Shown: positions 48,317 through 58,598 of the stretch, in pieces
Position numbering within the stretch: the stretch's first letter is position 1
How the letters are laid out: every line of letters begins with the position of its first letter
NCBI GenBank assembly: GCA_023245335.1
Contig: JAHFKK010000001.1
Location: forward strand, 1,000,019 to 1,064,018
Origin: Candidatus Gottesmanbacteria bacterium
GTDB lineage: Bacteria; Patescibacteriota; Microgenomatia; UBA10105; UBA927
DNA length: 64,000 nt
Reading direction: 5' to 3'
Program-made: the position numbers and the translations under genes
The notes under the pieces: model-generated
What the model was told of the DNA's origin: nothing
The model's database searches: none
Seen by the model: only the letters and a program-made list of their open reading frames with translations

Positions 48317-49873
48317 ATGAAATCTACTCAACAACGTATACTCTTCCTCATAATTCTCTTCTCCGTTTTTGCCGTCGGTAAGACCGCATGGGACCGCTTT
48401 TCCGTACCCTGTTATCGCTGTAACGTTGTCGTGGTCGCCATTGATGACCTCAGGGCAGATGCCTTACCGTGTTTCGGCTACCGCCTCGATACGGCATCGA
48501 ACCTTTGCCAATATGCAGCAAAAAATATCGTGTTTTCTGCGGCCTACGCCAATGCCCCATCGACGAAACCCAGTGAAATGTCATTATTTACCAGCCTATA
48601 TCCGCCAAGTCACGGGCTGGTATCGAGTGCGTCGGGGAAACTCAATCCGCGGATAGTCACATTACCCCAGGCGTTCCAAAACGCAGGATATGAAACGACG
48701 TTCGTCGGCGAAGACACACCGGCACTTGCGCCTGAAGCGGGATTCGGACGCGGGTTTGACACCGTTCACATCACCGACAATATTCTCAACAGCACGACCT
48801 CTGCCATATGGAAGGATGCTTTCGATGGCATAAAAACCGCCAACGACAAACACAAACCCGCGTTTGTCTATCTCCACGCAGCTCATGTTCATGATTATGC
48901 AAATAATCTTTTTAAGTTTACTGAGCCCGGCAGCTTTTACCTGGATCCGACCTACCAATTCACGGACTATCCGAGTCAGCAGGAATTTACTCAACTCAAA
49001 TGGGACGCGATGATGGATTTTATCAACAACACCATCAACACGAGCTGGAATGCAGAAGTAGTCGCTCAATATAAAACGTGGCTCCGCCTCGCGGAAAACG
49101 CGCAAACGGTTGACGAGGCCAAGTCTGTATATCTCTCGTTGCCGGCCAATATGCAAAGACCCATATATCATTTGTTCGCCGCTACCTACGTGAATCTTTA
49201 CCAGTTCGACTCGCTCGTCTCGCTTGCGAGGCATAATTACGATCAGTCCATCTGGGCATTCGATAATAAATTTACGCCGCTCCTTGAGCGCTTGAGACAA
49301 AACGGTTTGACCGACAACACCGTCGTCGTCATCCTCGGAGACTACGGTGAACTATTGGGCGAACACAACGTCGTTGGCCACGCACTCGCCGGATTCTATG
49401 AGAAAGAGTTGCATGTCCCGATGATCTGGCACGTCCCCAATGCCGGCCACCGAACCGTGAGCTCTCTCGCACAACTTATAGACGTCTATCCCACCCTGGT
49501 AAACCTGGTCGGCATACCCAAGCCCGACACGCTTGCCGGCATAAACCTGAGAGGACAGATGTTCGGAGATCCCCGCGCACCAAAAAATACGTATACCATC
49601 GGGTATCTCATTCCCCACGACATTTCCTATGCCACGCAAATTCCGTTTACCAGTAACCAATACAGTATCCAAACTGACGCGTGGCGCCTCGTGGAGGTAC
49701 ATAATCCCGGAGGCACCTATCAGACGCTCTATGACCGAAAAACCGATCCGGGGGAGCTCCACAACATGATCGTCAAAGCTCCCGATGTCGCACAGACGCT
49801 CTCGTCTCTCCTTCACACAACCCTTGACCGCCAAATCATATATCCTCCGATTCTTCCTGCGATAAGCCCCTGA
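48317..49873 (+). CDS. Sulfatase-fold protein 5
   Basis: CYRC, IDDLRAD, STKPSE, GDYGE. Confidence 0.9.
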   Translation: MKSTQQRILFLIILFSVFAVGKTAWDRFSVPCYRCNVVVVAIDDLRADALPCFGYRLDTASNLCQYAAKNIVFSAAYANAPSTKPSEMSLFTSLYPPSHGLVSSASGKLNPRIVTLPQAFQNAGYETTFVGEDTPALAPEAGFGRGFDTVHITDNILNSTTSAIWKDAFDGIKTANDKHKPAFVYLHAAHVHDYANNLFKFTEPGSFYLDPTYQFTDYPSQQEFTQLKWDAMMDFINNTINTSWNAEVVAQYKTWLRLAENAQTVDEAKSVYLSLPANMQRPIYHLFAATYVNLYQFDSLVSLARHNYDQSIWAFDNKFTPLLERLRQNGLTDNTVVVILGDYGELLGEHNVVGHALAGFYEKELHVPMIWHVPNAGHRTVSSLAQLIDVYPTLVNLVGIPKPDTLAGINLRGQMFGDPRAPKNTYTIGYLIPHDISYATQIPFTSNQYSIQTDAWRLVEVHNPGGTYQTLYDRKTDPGELHNMIVKAPDVAQTLSSLLHTTLDRQIIYPPILPAISP

Positions 49874-49921
49874 CCAAAACACTCAGTGAACCTTTCATTC
49901 TTCTCTGATATGATATATCCC

Positions 49922-50686
49922 ATGAATCTATTCGGGGCACTCGTGCTTTCGGTCGTCGAAGGGATAACAGAGTTTCTTCCTGTTTCCTCAACCGCGCATC
50001 TTGTGTTGGTGTCCAAACTCATGAATCTCACAACGACAAACTTTAGCAAAAGCTTTGACGTCGTGATTCAGTTCGGCGCGATACTTGCTATCGTGAGCTT
50101 ATATTGGAAAACCATAGTGACCAAACCCAAAATGCTTATTCCGATAGCCGCCGCATTTGTCCCGACCGCGATCATCGGGCTTCTCCTCTACAAACTCATC
50201 AAAAACGTACTCCTTACCGATATTCCGGTCATCATAGGCTCATTGATAGTAGGTGGAGTCGTCCTTATTCTTATGGACAGATTTACGAAAAAACCCAAAT
50301 TTGCGGACCTGACGAGCATGCCGCTTACGCACGCAGTCATCATCGGGATCGGGCAGTCACTCGCAGTCGTGCCGGGGGTCTCCAGATCTGCCGTAACCAT
50401 CATCACCGCACTTCTCTTGGGCTGGAATCGGGAATCAGCGGTTGAATTTTCATTTCTCCTTGCGGTTCCGACGATTGCGGCTGCTGCAGGTCTGGACGCA
50501 GTGAAAAATATCCATGCCCTTACCAGTAATCTTCCCGCGCTTGGCGTCGGATTTCTTGGGTCTTGGCTAACGGCCTATTTTGCGGTCAAAGGATTCGTCG
50601 GATTCGTCAAAAGAAACAATTTTGCGGTTTTCGGATGGTATCGCATCATCGCGGCCGGAGCCTTTTGGTTGATCTCGGGCGTATGA
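49922..50686 (+). CDS. uppP: Undecaprenyl-diphosphate phosphatase
   Basis: VEGITEFLPVSSTAH, IQFGAILA, PGVSRS, EFSFLL. Confidence 0.95.
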   Translation: MNLFGALVLSVVEGITEFLPVSSTAHLVLVSKLMNLTTTNFSKSFDVVIQFGAILAIVSLYWKTIVTKPKMLIPIAAAFVPTAIIGLLLYKLIKNVLLTDIPVIIGSLIVGGVVLILMDRFTKKPKFADLTSMPLTHAVIIGIGQSLAVVPGVSRSAVTIITALLLGWNRESAVEFSFLLAVPTIAAAAGLDAVKNIHALTSNLPALGVGFLGSWLTAYFAVKGFVGFVKRNNFAVFGWYRIIAAGAFWLISGV

Positions 50687-52485
50687 TAGTGTTTTTTGCT
50701 ACACTCGCAGTATTTATTTTCCCAGGGCTCGCTATTCTTCTTCGTTGGGATGTATTCCCAACGGATTATATCAGCGAAAAAATTCCCCTTGGCGTCGCGT
50801 TATCTCTCGCCTGGTGGATCATAGGATTTTGGTTCCTCCGCATCGCACCGATCCCGCTCCATATGTTTGTCATCCTTTCACTCGTTTCTGCCGTCTTCCT
50901 CATCGCGCTCTCACTTCTTGCGCCAAGAAGAGAGAAAAAGATATCTCCGGCAGGATCAATCCGAACGGACATTGTCATCCTTCTTTTTTTCCTTATACTT
51001 CTCGTGCCCGGAAGCCTCATCGCTACCCGTCAAATCGGACCGACCGGACAGGATATGTCTATGCACAGCTACTTGGCAACCATCATATATCATACCGATG
51101 GATTTCCGAAAACGATGCGACCGATTGTCCCTTCGGATCAGTTCGGCTACTACCCGGTAGGATTCCCGACTGTTATGGCTGTGATGATGACCATAAATCG
51201 CCTCCCGGTAATAACCAACGGACTATGGCTCACTATCCTCACATACTGGCTATTTGCCGTATCGCTCTATACGCTCATCCGTACACGTTATTCTGTCTTC
51301 GTCAGCATGCTCGTTACGATTGTCATGAGCTGGGGAAATGCGATGCCCAATGACATCATCGTCTGGGGCTCTAACCCCACCGTATTATCATTGGATTTTC
51401 TGATACTTTCCGTTTCAGCGCTACCCGTTCGGAAACACGCGGGGTCATACATAGTTCTCTTTATTTTTTTCTATGCCTCATTCCTCACCCACTATATGCT
51501 TCCGGTCGCACTCATCTATCTCGCGCTTACGGTCTCGCCATTCTTCGGTCGGGCGATGACGCAATGCATCCGCTTTGTTCAAAAACATCCCGCGTCACTT
51601 ATTATCACGCTCATCGCAACGCCTTTTCTTTGGCACATATATACGTACACCTGGTATATTTCCAATGCAACCAAGCTGTATGTCGCAGGACTTCAGAGAA
51701 ATGATCTGTCCGCATGGGTCGGTGCGCCCGGATGGGAAATCGTACGCGCAAGTTTCCAATTTCTCACGTCCGTATTTTCAGGACCGGTACTTATTTCTTA
51801 TACTCTCTCGATTCTGGTCATCGCGCTTGTTAATAAACGCCATGCCGCACTCCATATCGTTTCGTTCCTCGGCATAATCATACTTATCGTCAATTCACGA
51901 TATTGGTGGCTGCCGCTGTCAGCCATCCTGTATCCCGACCGCGTTATTTTATTTGAAATCATCCCCATAAGCCTCGGGCTTGCCGAAGCGTCCACGATAG
52001 TATTAAACCGCACATACAAATATTTTATTCTTCACCGCCCGCGGAATTATTTCCTCTTGCATGTCATCGCTATCGCGGTCGTCGTCTACGCATTCGGACC
52101 CGGAATTCGCGTCTCATTACAGAAATTCCTGACATCAGCCGACATGAGTGTCATAACGAAAGATGATCTACAAGCCTTCGCATGGATCCGCGAGCGTACA
52201 AATCCAACTGATGTCATCATGAACAATTACTACGACGCGGGTATCTGGATACCGGCAGTGGCAACACGCTCGATCACAACGTATCACACCAATCCTATTG
52301 ATATGGACCTCATCAACGCAAACGTACGACAGCCGGATTACGCGTATATCGGGAATAAGTCGCTCGTGAGTGCGGGCACTGATCGCGTCGATGAGGAAGT
52401 CGCACGTCATCCGGAAAAATATGTATTGGTCTACGAAGCGGGAAGTGCGAAAATTTATCGCGTACGACGAGCTGTAGCCGAATGA
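50683..52485 (+). CDS. GT-C-like polytopic membrane protein with STT3/AglB-like C-terminal core
   Basis: Many transmembrane segments, D..H in the first loop, AFAWIRERT...VIMNNYYDAGIWI; ATGA overlap with uppP. Confidence 0.65.
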   Translation: MIVFFATLAVFIFPGLAILLRWDVFPTDYISEKIPLGVALSLAWWIIGFWFLRIAPIPLHMFVILSLVSAVFLIALSLLAPRREKKISPAGSIRTDIVILLFFLILLVPGSLIATRQIGPTGQDMSMHSYLATIIYHTDGFPKTMRPIVPSDQFGYYPVGFPTVMAVMMTINRLPVITNGLWLTILTYWLFAVSLYTLIRTRYSVFVSMLVTIVMSWGNAMPNDIIVWGSNPTVLSLDFLILSVSALPVRKHAGSYIVLFIFFYASFLTHYMLPVALIYLALTVSPFFGRAMTQCIRFVQKHPASLIITLIATPFLWHIYTYTWYISNATKLYVAGLQRNDLSAWVGAPGWEIVRASFQFLTSVFSGPVLISYTLSILVIALVNKRHAALHIVSFLGIIILIVNSRYWWLPLSAILYPDRVILFEIIPISLGLAEASTIVLNRTYKYFILHRPRNYFLLHVIAIAVVVYAFGPGIRVSLQKFLTSADMSVITKDDLQAFAWIRERTNPTDVIMNNYYDAGIWIPAVATRSITTYHTNPIDMDLINANVRQPDYAYIGNKSLVSAGTDRVDEEVARHPEKYVLVYEAGSAKIYRVRRAVAE

Positions 52486-53036
52486 CGGTGTGAGCGGTGG
52501 CGGAGACTCTTCGCCCGCTCCGATGTGACGAATGAAACACTCGCCCGGCCGATTCCCCACCCAAACAATGCCCCAAAAAGAACGTCCAAAGGATAATGCA
52601 CGCCCATATAAATGCGGGAAAGAGAAATGAGTATTGCCAAAAGGTACAAGCCCGTACGGAGTCGGGGTTCATATACGGAGATCACTTCCGCCATAGCAAA
52701 CGATATGGCGGCATGTCCCGACGGAAACGAATATCCGGAGGCGCCATACACGACGATGGTATCCAGTAGCTGTGAAGGCCGTAAACGCCCGATCAACGGT
52801 TTCATGATCCCTTCTACGAGGGCAAGCGTTCCCAATCCGACGGTCACTATAGGAATGAAAAAACGATGATTTTTTTCTTCCTCCCGCAAAAACAGGATGA
52901 CACCAATCACAAACCAGATAATGCCATACGATCCGATGCCGGAAAAAAATTCCGCTACCGCATTACTCCACGCAGTATGCGGCAAATGATTGACTGCAAA
53001 AAATAGCCGATAATCTAGGGCAAGCAGTGTGTTCAT
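52455..53036 (-). CDS. PAP2 family phosphatase
   Basis: K..IGR.RP, SFPSGH, SRIYMGVHYPLDV. Confidence 0.92.
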   Translation of the reverse strand: MNTLLALDYRLFFAVNHLPHTAWSNAVAEFFSGIGSYGIIWFVIGVILFLREEEKNHRFFIPIVTVGLGTLALVEGIMKPLIGRLRPSQLLDTIVVYGASGYSFPSGHAAISFAMAEVISVYEPRLRTGLYLLAILISLSRIYMGVHYPLDVLFGALFGWGIGRASVSFVTSERAKSLRHRSHRHSATARRTR

Positions 53037-53038
53037 GG

Positions 53039-53332
53039 CTAGGGAGTAGGCGTTGCCGTCGAGGCGCTGACGGAAGCGGCTTTGGGTGTTGCCGTGGGTT
53101 TGACTGTCGCTTTCGGCGTCGGCTTCGCCGTCGTTCCCGTAGTCGGCGCAAGCGTATCAGGCGGTTCTACCGAAGTCGTCGGACTTATGAATATAACCCG
53201 TATGGCTCCTTCATCCGGCACGGGAGACACGACTTTGCGTCCGGAAATGACTATACCGATAATAACCACAACAAAAACAACGACCCCGACGATGATGGTG
53301 AGCGCAGCAATAGTCTTTCTCCGGTCATCCAT
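53039..53332 (-). CDS. Small membrane-anchored Thr/Pro-rich protein
   Basis: TM helix plus TP-rich tail. Confidence 0.7.
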   Translation of the reverse strand: MDDRRKTIAALTIIVGVVVFVVVIIGIVISGRKVVSPVPDEGAIRVIFISPTTSVEPPDTLAPTTGTTAKPTPKATVKPTATPKAASVSASTATPTP

Positions 53333-53362
53333 ACTACGATCAAGTATATCATACCCGATCGA

Positions 53363-53446
53363 ATAAATAGTAAACAGTATATAGTAAATAGTAGGTAGAA
53401 ACTGTCTTTCTTTTCTTTGCTTCCTATTTTCTGTTCACTGTTTACT
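53363..53446. repeat. Inverted heptamer-array element (GTAAATA family)
   Basis: ATAAATA GTAAACA GTATATA GTAAATA GTAGGTA ... CTATTTT CTGTTCA CTGTTTA. Confidence 0.75.
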
Positions 53447-55485
53447 TATTTAATATCCTCTTTTTTCCACGCAGCGAAGGTGCATTTGGGGTAAGTACTG
53501 CAGCCGTAAAATTTCTTGCCTCGCTTACTCCGCTTGACCACGATATCGCCCCCGCACCGGGGACACTTCATATCGACCTTCTCCCCGTACTGACGGGTAT
53601 ACGTACATTCGGGGAAATTTGTGCAGGCGACAAACTTGCCGAACCGCCCCATCCTAATCACCAGATCATGACCGCAATTGGGACACTTCTCATCGATTTT
53701 TTCTTCCGTGAGCTTCACCTTCTCTGCATCCTGGTAGGTCGTTTGTATAGCGGCAAAAAACGGGCCGTAAAATTGGGCTATCACGGGAACCCATTCTTTT
53801 TCTCCGTTTGCTATGGCATCCAGATCATCTTCCATATGAGCGGTAAACGGCAGATCGAGAATATTTGCAAAATATTGCACCAAAAAGTCCGTCACGGCGA
53901 ACCCGAGTTCCGTGGGCATCAGTTTCTTTTCTTCCCGGATTACATATTGCCGGTCAATAATGGTTGAGATTATCGGCGCATACGTTGACGGTCTGCCGAT
54001 ACCTTTTTCTTCAAGCGTTTTGACCAAAGACGCCTCCGTGTACCTCGGGGGAGGCGCTGTCTGATGCTGTGTCGGCACTGTACTCACCAGACGCACAGTG
54101 TCACCCTCGTGGACATCGGGAATCACGACGTCATCGGCTTCCCCGCCCGCCGGCGAGGCAGGCCGACCGATGATTTTGAGGTAGCCGTCGAATTTGATGA
54201 CCGATCCGGATGCCTCAAATACATAGCCGTTACTGCTAGTCACATCAATGGTCGTTGCATCAAACACTGCTTCTGCCGCCTGGCTCGCCATCGCCCGTTT
54301 CCAGATGAGATCATAAAGGCGATAATGATCACGGTTAAAATCCCCTTCCTCAACCGGAATGGTCATGAGTGCCCCTTGTGTCGGGCGGATCGCCTCGTGA
54401 GCTTCCTGCGCCACTTTGGATTTGGTCTTAAACCTACGAACGCTTGCGGGGACATACTCGCGGCCGTAGGTTTGGATAAGATATGCACGGGCCTCCGAGA
54501 TAAACTTTTCCGATAAATTCACACTGTCCGTCCGGTGATATGTGATATATCCTTCTTCATACAGTTTTTGCGCAATCTGCATTGTTTTTTTGGAAGAAAA
54601 ATACAAACGCCGTCCGGCGTCCTGCTGTAATGTGCTTGTGGTATAAGGCGCTAAAGGCTGCCGGTGCACTTCCTTTTTATCAACTGCGGAAACGGTGAAC
54701 GGCGGCTGCACATCGCCGATGACGGCTGAGGCGGCTATTGCATTCGGGATGGTCGTTGTCGTCGTCGTATATTTGCCGTCAAAAAGGTCAAACGTCAATG
54801 TCTTTTCGTACTTCACCCCATCCTTACGTACCAGATTGGCATGAATAAAGGCAGTATCAGTGCTCCCTCCTGCAAAGTCGCCTGCGATAGTCCAGTATTC
54901 CTGACTTAGGAATTTCTGGATTTCTCGCTCCCGTTCGACGATAAGTCTCACCGTCACTGATTGGACGCGGCCGGCCGAAAGCCAGCGTTTGGACAACTTT
55001 TTCCACAGAAGCGGCGACAATGTATAACCGACAAGCCGATCCAAAACTCTGCGCGCCTGTTGCGCATCAACGAGCTTCAAATCGATTGATCGCGGATTAT
55101 CCAAAGCGGCTTTAATTGCCGTCTCCGTAATTTCATGAAATGCGATGCGTTTGAATTTATCCGGACTGATATGTAACTTCTCATCCCCAAAAACCGCCGC
55201 GATATGCCATGCAATGGCTTCTCCTTCACGATCAGGATCCGTCGCAAGGATGATAGTGTCCGCTTTTTTTGCGAGCGCCTTGAGGGCCGTCACGTGCTTC
55301 GATTTATCCCGCGGGATGATATAGGTGGGAGCAAATCCGTGTTCGACATCTACGCCCAATGAAGACTTGGGCAAATCACGGACGTGCCCCATGGAAGCCT
55401 CGATAGTGTATGCCTCACCCAAAAAACGCGTCAACGTCCGCGCCTTGGTGGGTGACTCTACGATAATAAGTTTAATTTTTTTCAT
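53446..55485 (-). CDS. topA: DNA topoisomerase I
   Basis: IVESPTKA, GHVRDL, ATDPDREGE, SAGRVQS, ITYHRTDS, AHEAIRPT, GIGRPSTY, two C-terminal zinc ribbons. Confidence 0.98.
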   Translation of the reverse strand: MKKIKLIIVESPTKARTLTRFLGEAYTIEASMGHVRDLPKSSLGVDVEHGFAPTYIIPRDKSKHVTALKALAKKADTIILATDPDREGEAIAWHIAAVFGDEKLHISPDKFKRIAFHEITETAIKAALDNPRSIDLKLVDAQQARRVLDRLVGYTLSPLLWKKLSKRWLSAGRVQSVTVRLIVEREREIQKFLSQEYWTIAGDFAGGSTDTAFIHANLVRKDGVKYEKTLTFDLFDGKYTTTTTTIPNAIAASAVIGDVQPPFTVSAVDKKEVHRQPLAPYTTSTLQQDAGRRLYFSSKKTMQIAQKLYEEGYITYHRTDSVNLSEKFISEARAYLIQTYGREYVPASVRRFKTKSKVAQEAHEAIRPTQGALMTIPVEEGDFNRDHYRLYDLIWKRAMASQAAEAVFDATTIDVTSSNGYVFEASGSVIKFDGYLKIIGRPASPAGGEADDVVIPDVHEGDTVRLVSTVPTQHQTAPPPRYTEASLVKTLEEKGIGRPSTYAPIISTIIDRQYVIREEKKLMPTELGFAVTDFLVQYFANILDLPFTAHMEDDLDAIANGEKEWVPVIAQFYGPFFAAIQTTYQDAEKVKLTEEKIDEKCPNCGHDLVIRMGRFGKFVACTNFPECTYTRQYGEKVDMKCPRCGGDIVVKRSKRGKKFYGCSTYPKCTFAAWKKEDIK

Positions 55486-56579
55486 ATGACCCCGTAGGTC
55501 TTCTCCCCGAAATCTTTGACGACTCCCCGTAATTCGAGAACCGTCAGGGTAGCGGCCACGACGCTCATTGTCAAGTGTGTGAGCCGGACAATTGTGTCGA
55601 TATGCTGCTTTCCTTCATATAATACATCCAGTATATTCTGCTCCTCTTTTGACTGACCGGCGACCCGTTTATGAACCCCACGCACCGTTTGTGTGTCCAG
55701 ACCGAATTCCTCCAATATATCATCTGCCGATTCAACAAGCCTGGCTCCCTGTTTGAGTAGCCTTGCCGGCCCGCGGCTCAATACGCTTGTGATAGGCCCC
55801 GGAACAGCGAACACATCTCTCCCTTGTTCTACGGCATTCCTTGCCGTAATGAGTGCGCCGCTATCGTCAGCGCCTTCAGTTACCACGACACCGAGCGATA
55901 AACCGCTTATTATCCGGTTCCGGGCAGGAAATAACCCTTTTGCCGGCCGAAGCCCAAGCGGCATCTCTGATACTATCGCGCCGCACCCTGCGGCAATATC
56001 ATGATACAAGTTAGCATTGCTTGACGGAGCGATAATGTCAATACCGCAGCCGAGTACTGCAATCGTTTTCCCTCCGGCATGTATGGCCGCCCGATGTGCC
56101 ACCGCGTCCACTCCATACGCCATACCTGACACTATCGTGAATCCGGCACTCACGAGTTCCCCGGTCAGCCGCTCGGTCACTTCTCTTCCATAGGCGGTTA
56201 TACGGCGTGTTCCGACGACGGCAATCGTCCGGGTGAGATTAATAGGAGCTTCGGTCCGCTTCCCCAACACATACAAGAGAAACGGAGCATCGGGAATTTC
56301 CCGAAGGAGTTTCGGATATTTCTCATCCGTAATCGGCACAACGGAAATATGCAATGCCACGAGTTGTTTGCGGTACCCGGAAAGATCGAATGTCTTCCTG
56401 AAATGTATAAATGCATCGGTAAGCTTATTTCCGAGTCCGGTTTCACGAATACGTTCGTTCGGCGCTTTCCACGCGGCTTCCGCTGAACCAAAATAATCGA
56501 CAAGAAGTTTGAACCGCATCGGCCCGACACCCGGAAATACACTGAAGGCTATGTAATACGGCAGGTCATCATCACTCAC
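55482..56579 (-). CDS. dprA: DNA-processing protein DprA
   Basis: AVVGTR, IVSGMA.GVD..AH, FPARNRIISGLS, SGALITA. Confidence 0.97.
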   Translation of the reverse strand: MSDDDLPYYIAFSVFPGVGPMRFKLLVDYFGSAEAAWKAPNERIRETGLGNKLTDAFIHFRKTFDLSGYRKQLVALHISVVPITDEKYPKLLREIPDAPFLLYVLGKRTEAPINLTRTIAVVGTRRITAYGREVTERLTGELVSAGFTIVSGMAYGVDAVAHRAAIHAGGKTIAVLGCGIDIIAPSSNANLYHDIAAGCGAIVSEMPLGLRPAKGLFPARNRIISGLSLGVVVTEGADDSGALITARNAVEQGRDVFAVPGPITSVLSRGPARLLKQGARLVESADDILEEFGLDTQTVRGVHKRVAGQSKEEQNILDVLYEGKQHIDTIVRLTHLTMSVVAATLTVLELRGVVKDFGEKTYGVI

Positions 56580-56674
56580 CTCTTTAGAATATCACGTGAT
56601 CGCAAGGGCGTGGACGATGATGACATAAAAGTTTATATAATAAATACGTATGCGTGTGAGTCCCGGCACGCGTC

Positions 56675-58558
56675 TCACCGGGTAAACCACTCTTCAAAAA
56701 TCTTTTTGGCGATAGGGGCTGCGACATTGCTTCCCTCTCCTCCTCCTTCAACCAATACGGTCACGGATATCTCCGGCGGACCACTAAGGTAGGATTCGCC
56801 CTTTTTCACGTCATCCGGAATATATTGATCTGGGACAGGAGCAAACGCGGTAAACCATGCATGCGTCCGGTTTTGCTGCGGGTCTCCAAACTCTGCAGTG
56901 CCTGTTTTACAGGCAACGGGTACGGCAATATGCGGGACATTTTGGGCGGACGTGGTCGCGGCCGGTGTGTCGGTAAGCGCAACCGGCGCTTTGGGTACGG
57001 AAAAGTTAAAAAGCGGCCACCCGGTGCCGCCGGTCGCGCATGCTTTTTCCATCCCCTGGTTAATGATATCGAGCGTCTGCGGCTTCAGACCGAGCGACTT
57101 ACAGTTATCCCGTTGCTCTTTGGTGCTCGCAAGGCGATTTATAGTGGGTTTACAAAGGTTGCCGCCGTTTGCGATCGTATTGGTCCAATAGTTGATCTGA
57201 AGCGGCGTCACCAATAAATATCCTTGCCCTATGGCGACGTGATATGTATCCCCGAGGTACCACTCGTCATTACGCTTCGCAAGGTCGTCCGGCGTCGTGA
57301 AGGCTGTTTTTTTCCACGCGGGATCCGGTACCAAACCGCTTGCTTCACTGGAAAGCTCTATGCCAAGAGGCTTTCCTAAACCGAGTTTACGGGACCATTT
57401 CGCAATCTTCGTTATGCCCAAGAATTCTCCGACTTTATAAAAGAAAATATCGTTACTCCTTTGAATTGCTTTCACGATATCGACCGGTCCCTCTGTCTTA
57501 CCGTACTGCAAATAGTACCAATTCGGAAACGTAAACGGACCGATGGTGATGACGCCGTTATCCTCGACAATCGTATCCGGCGTGATCGCTCCTTCTTCGA
57601 GACCTCCGATCGCTAAAATAATTTTAAACGTCGATCCCGGAGGGTAGGTGCCGCCGATCGCCCGGTTAAACATCGGTAGGTCCGGATTACTCATAAGCGC
57701 CTGGTACTGGCCTGTCGACATTCCGGTCGTAAACGCACTCGGAGAAAATCCGGGGCTTGAGTACATGGCGAGGATCTCGCCGCTTGATGGTTTAGAAACA
57801 ATCACTGCTCCTTTTTGTCCCGGAGGAAATGCTGCCGCTGCTGCCTTTGCTACCCCGAGATCCAATGATAACGTGATATCCTCTCCCGGCAGTTCTTCCT
57901 GACGACCGAGCGTACGCAGCACTTTTCCGGCGGCATCGACCTCAACAAATTCCTTTCCGTCCCGGCCGCGCAGGCGTTCGTTAAAGACCTCTTCGGCGCC
58001 CATTCTGCCCACACGATCTCCTAACCCATAATTCCTGCTGTGATAATAGTCATTCTTAAGCTCCTGCTGAGATAGCTCACCCGTATAACCCAATACGTGT
58101 GCAAGGGCGTCTTCATACGGATACTGCCTGAGGTAATCTACTTCCAGGTATTCGCCCGGCGGCAATCCCTGTTTCGTGAGCCGGTCACCCTCATCTTTCG
58201 TGAGATATGTGACGCATTCCATAACTCCCGTAGACGTGCATGGCTTGAGGAGTCGGTAGTGTGGCACGTTGGTAACGAGCGGTTGTCCCGTCCGGTCAAG
58301 AAAAATTCCCCGCGGCGCATGACGGATAAGTGCGCGGGTCCGGTTGTTGTCAGAGAGTTTCCGGTACTCCAATCCGTGAATGAGGGTGAGGTCTATAAGC
58401 CGGACACCCAGCACAAAAAACCCGAGGCTTAATATCGTAGCAAAAACGAGTGCTCTTCCCGCACCGGCCCACCACGGAGTTTCACCCATGCCGGTACGGA
58501 AACGACTGCTTTCCGTGCGCGTCACATTGTCGGAAAACGCTGATCCCAATTTCACCAT
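56675..58558 (-). CDS. mrdA: Class B penicillin-binding protein (PBP2-like)
   Basis: APRG...DR.G, PGSTFK (SxxK), SND (SxN variant), KTGT. Confidence 0.9.
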   Translation of the reverse strand: MVKLGSAFSDNVTRTESSRFRTGMGETPWWAGAGRALVFATILSLGFFVLGVRLIDLTLIHGLEYRKLSDNNRTRALIRHAPRGIFLDRTGQPLVTNVPHYRLLKPCTSTGVMECVTYLTKDEGDRLTKQGLPPGEYLEVDYLRQYPYEDALAHVLGYTGELSQQELKNDYYHSRNYGLGDRVGRMGAEEVFNERLRGRDGKEFVEVDAAGKVLRTLGRQEELPGEDITLSLDLGVAKAAAAAFPPGQKGAVIVSKPSSGEILAMYSSPGFSPSAFTTGMSTGQYQALMSNPDLPMFNRAIGGTYPPGSTFKIILAIGGLEEGAITPDTIVEDNGVITIGPFTFPNWYYLQYGKTEGPVDIVKAIQRSNDIFFYKVGEFLGITKIAKWSRKLGLGKPLGIELSSEASGLVPDPAWKKTAFTTPDDLAKRNDEWYLGDTYHVAIGQGYLLVTPLQINYWTNTIANGGNLCKPTINRLASTKEQRDNCKSLGLKPQTLDIINQGMEKACATGGTGWPLFNFSVPKAPVALTDTPAATTSAQNVPHIAVPVACKTGTAEFGDPQQNRTHAWFTAFAPVPDQYIPDDVKKGESYLSGPPEISVTVLVEGGGEGSNVAAPIAKKIFEEWFTR

Positions 58559-58598
58559 AGAGGAATCATACTACACCACACAAAGAAGAGTTACTTTA

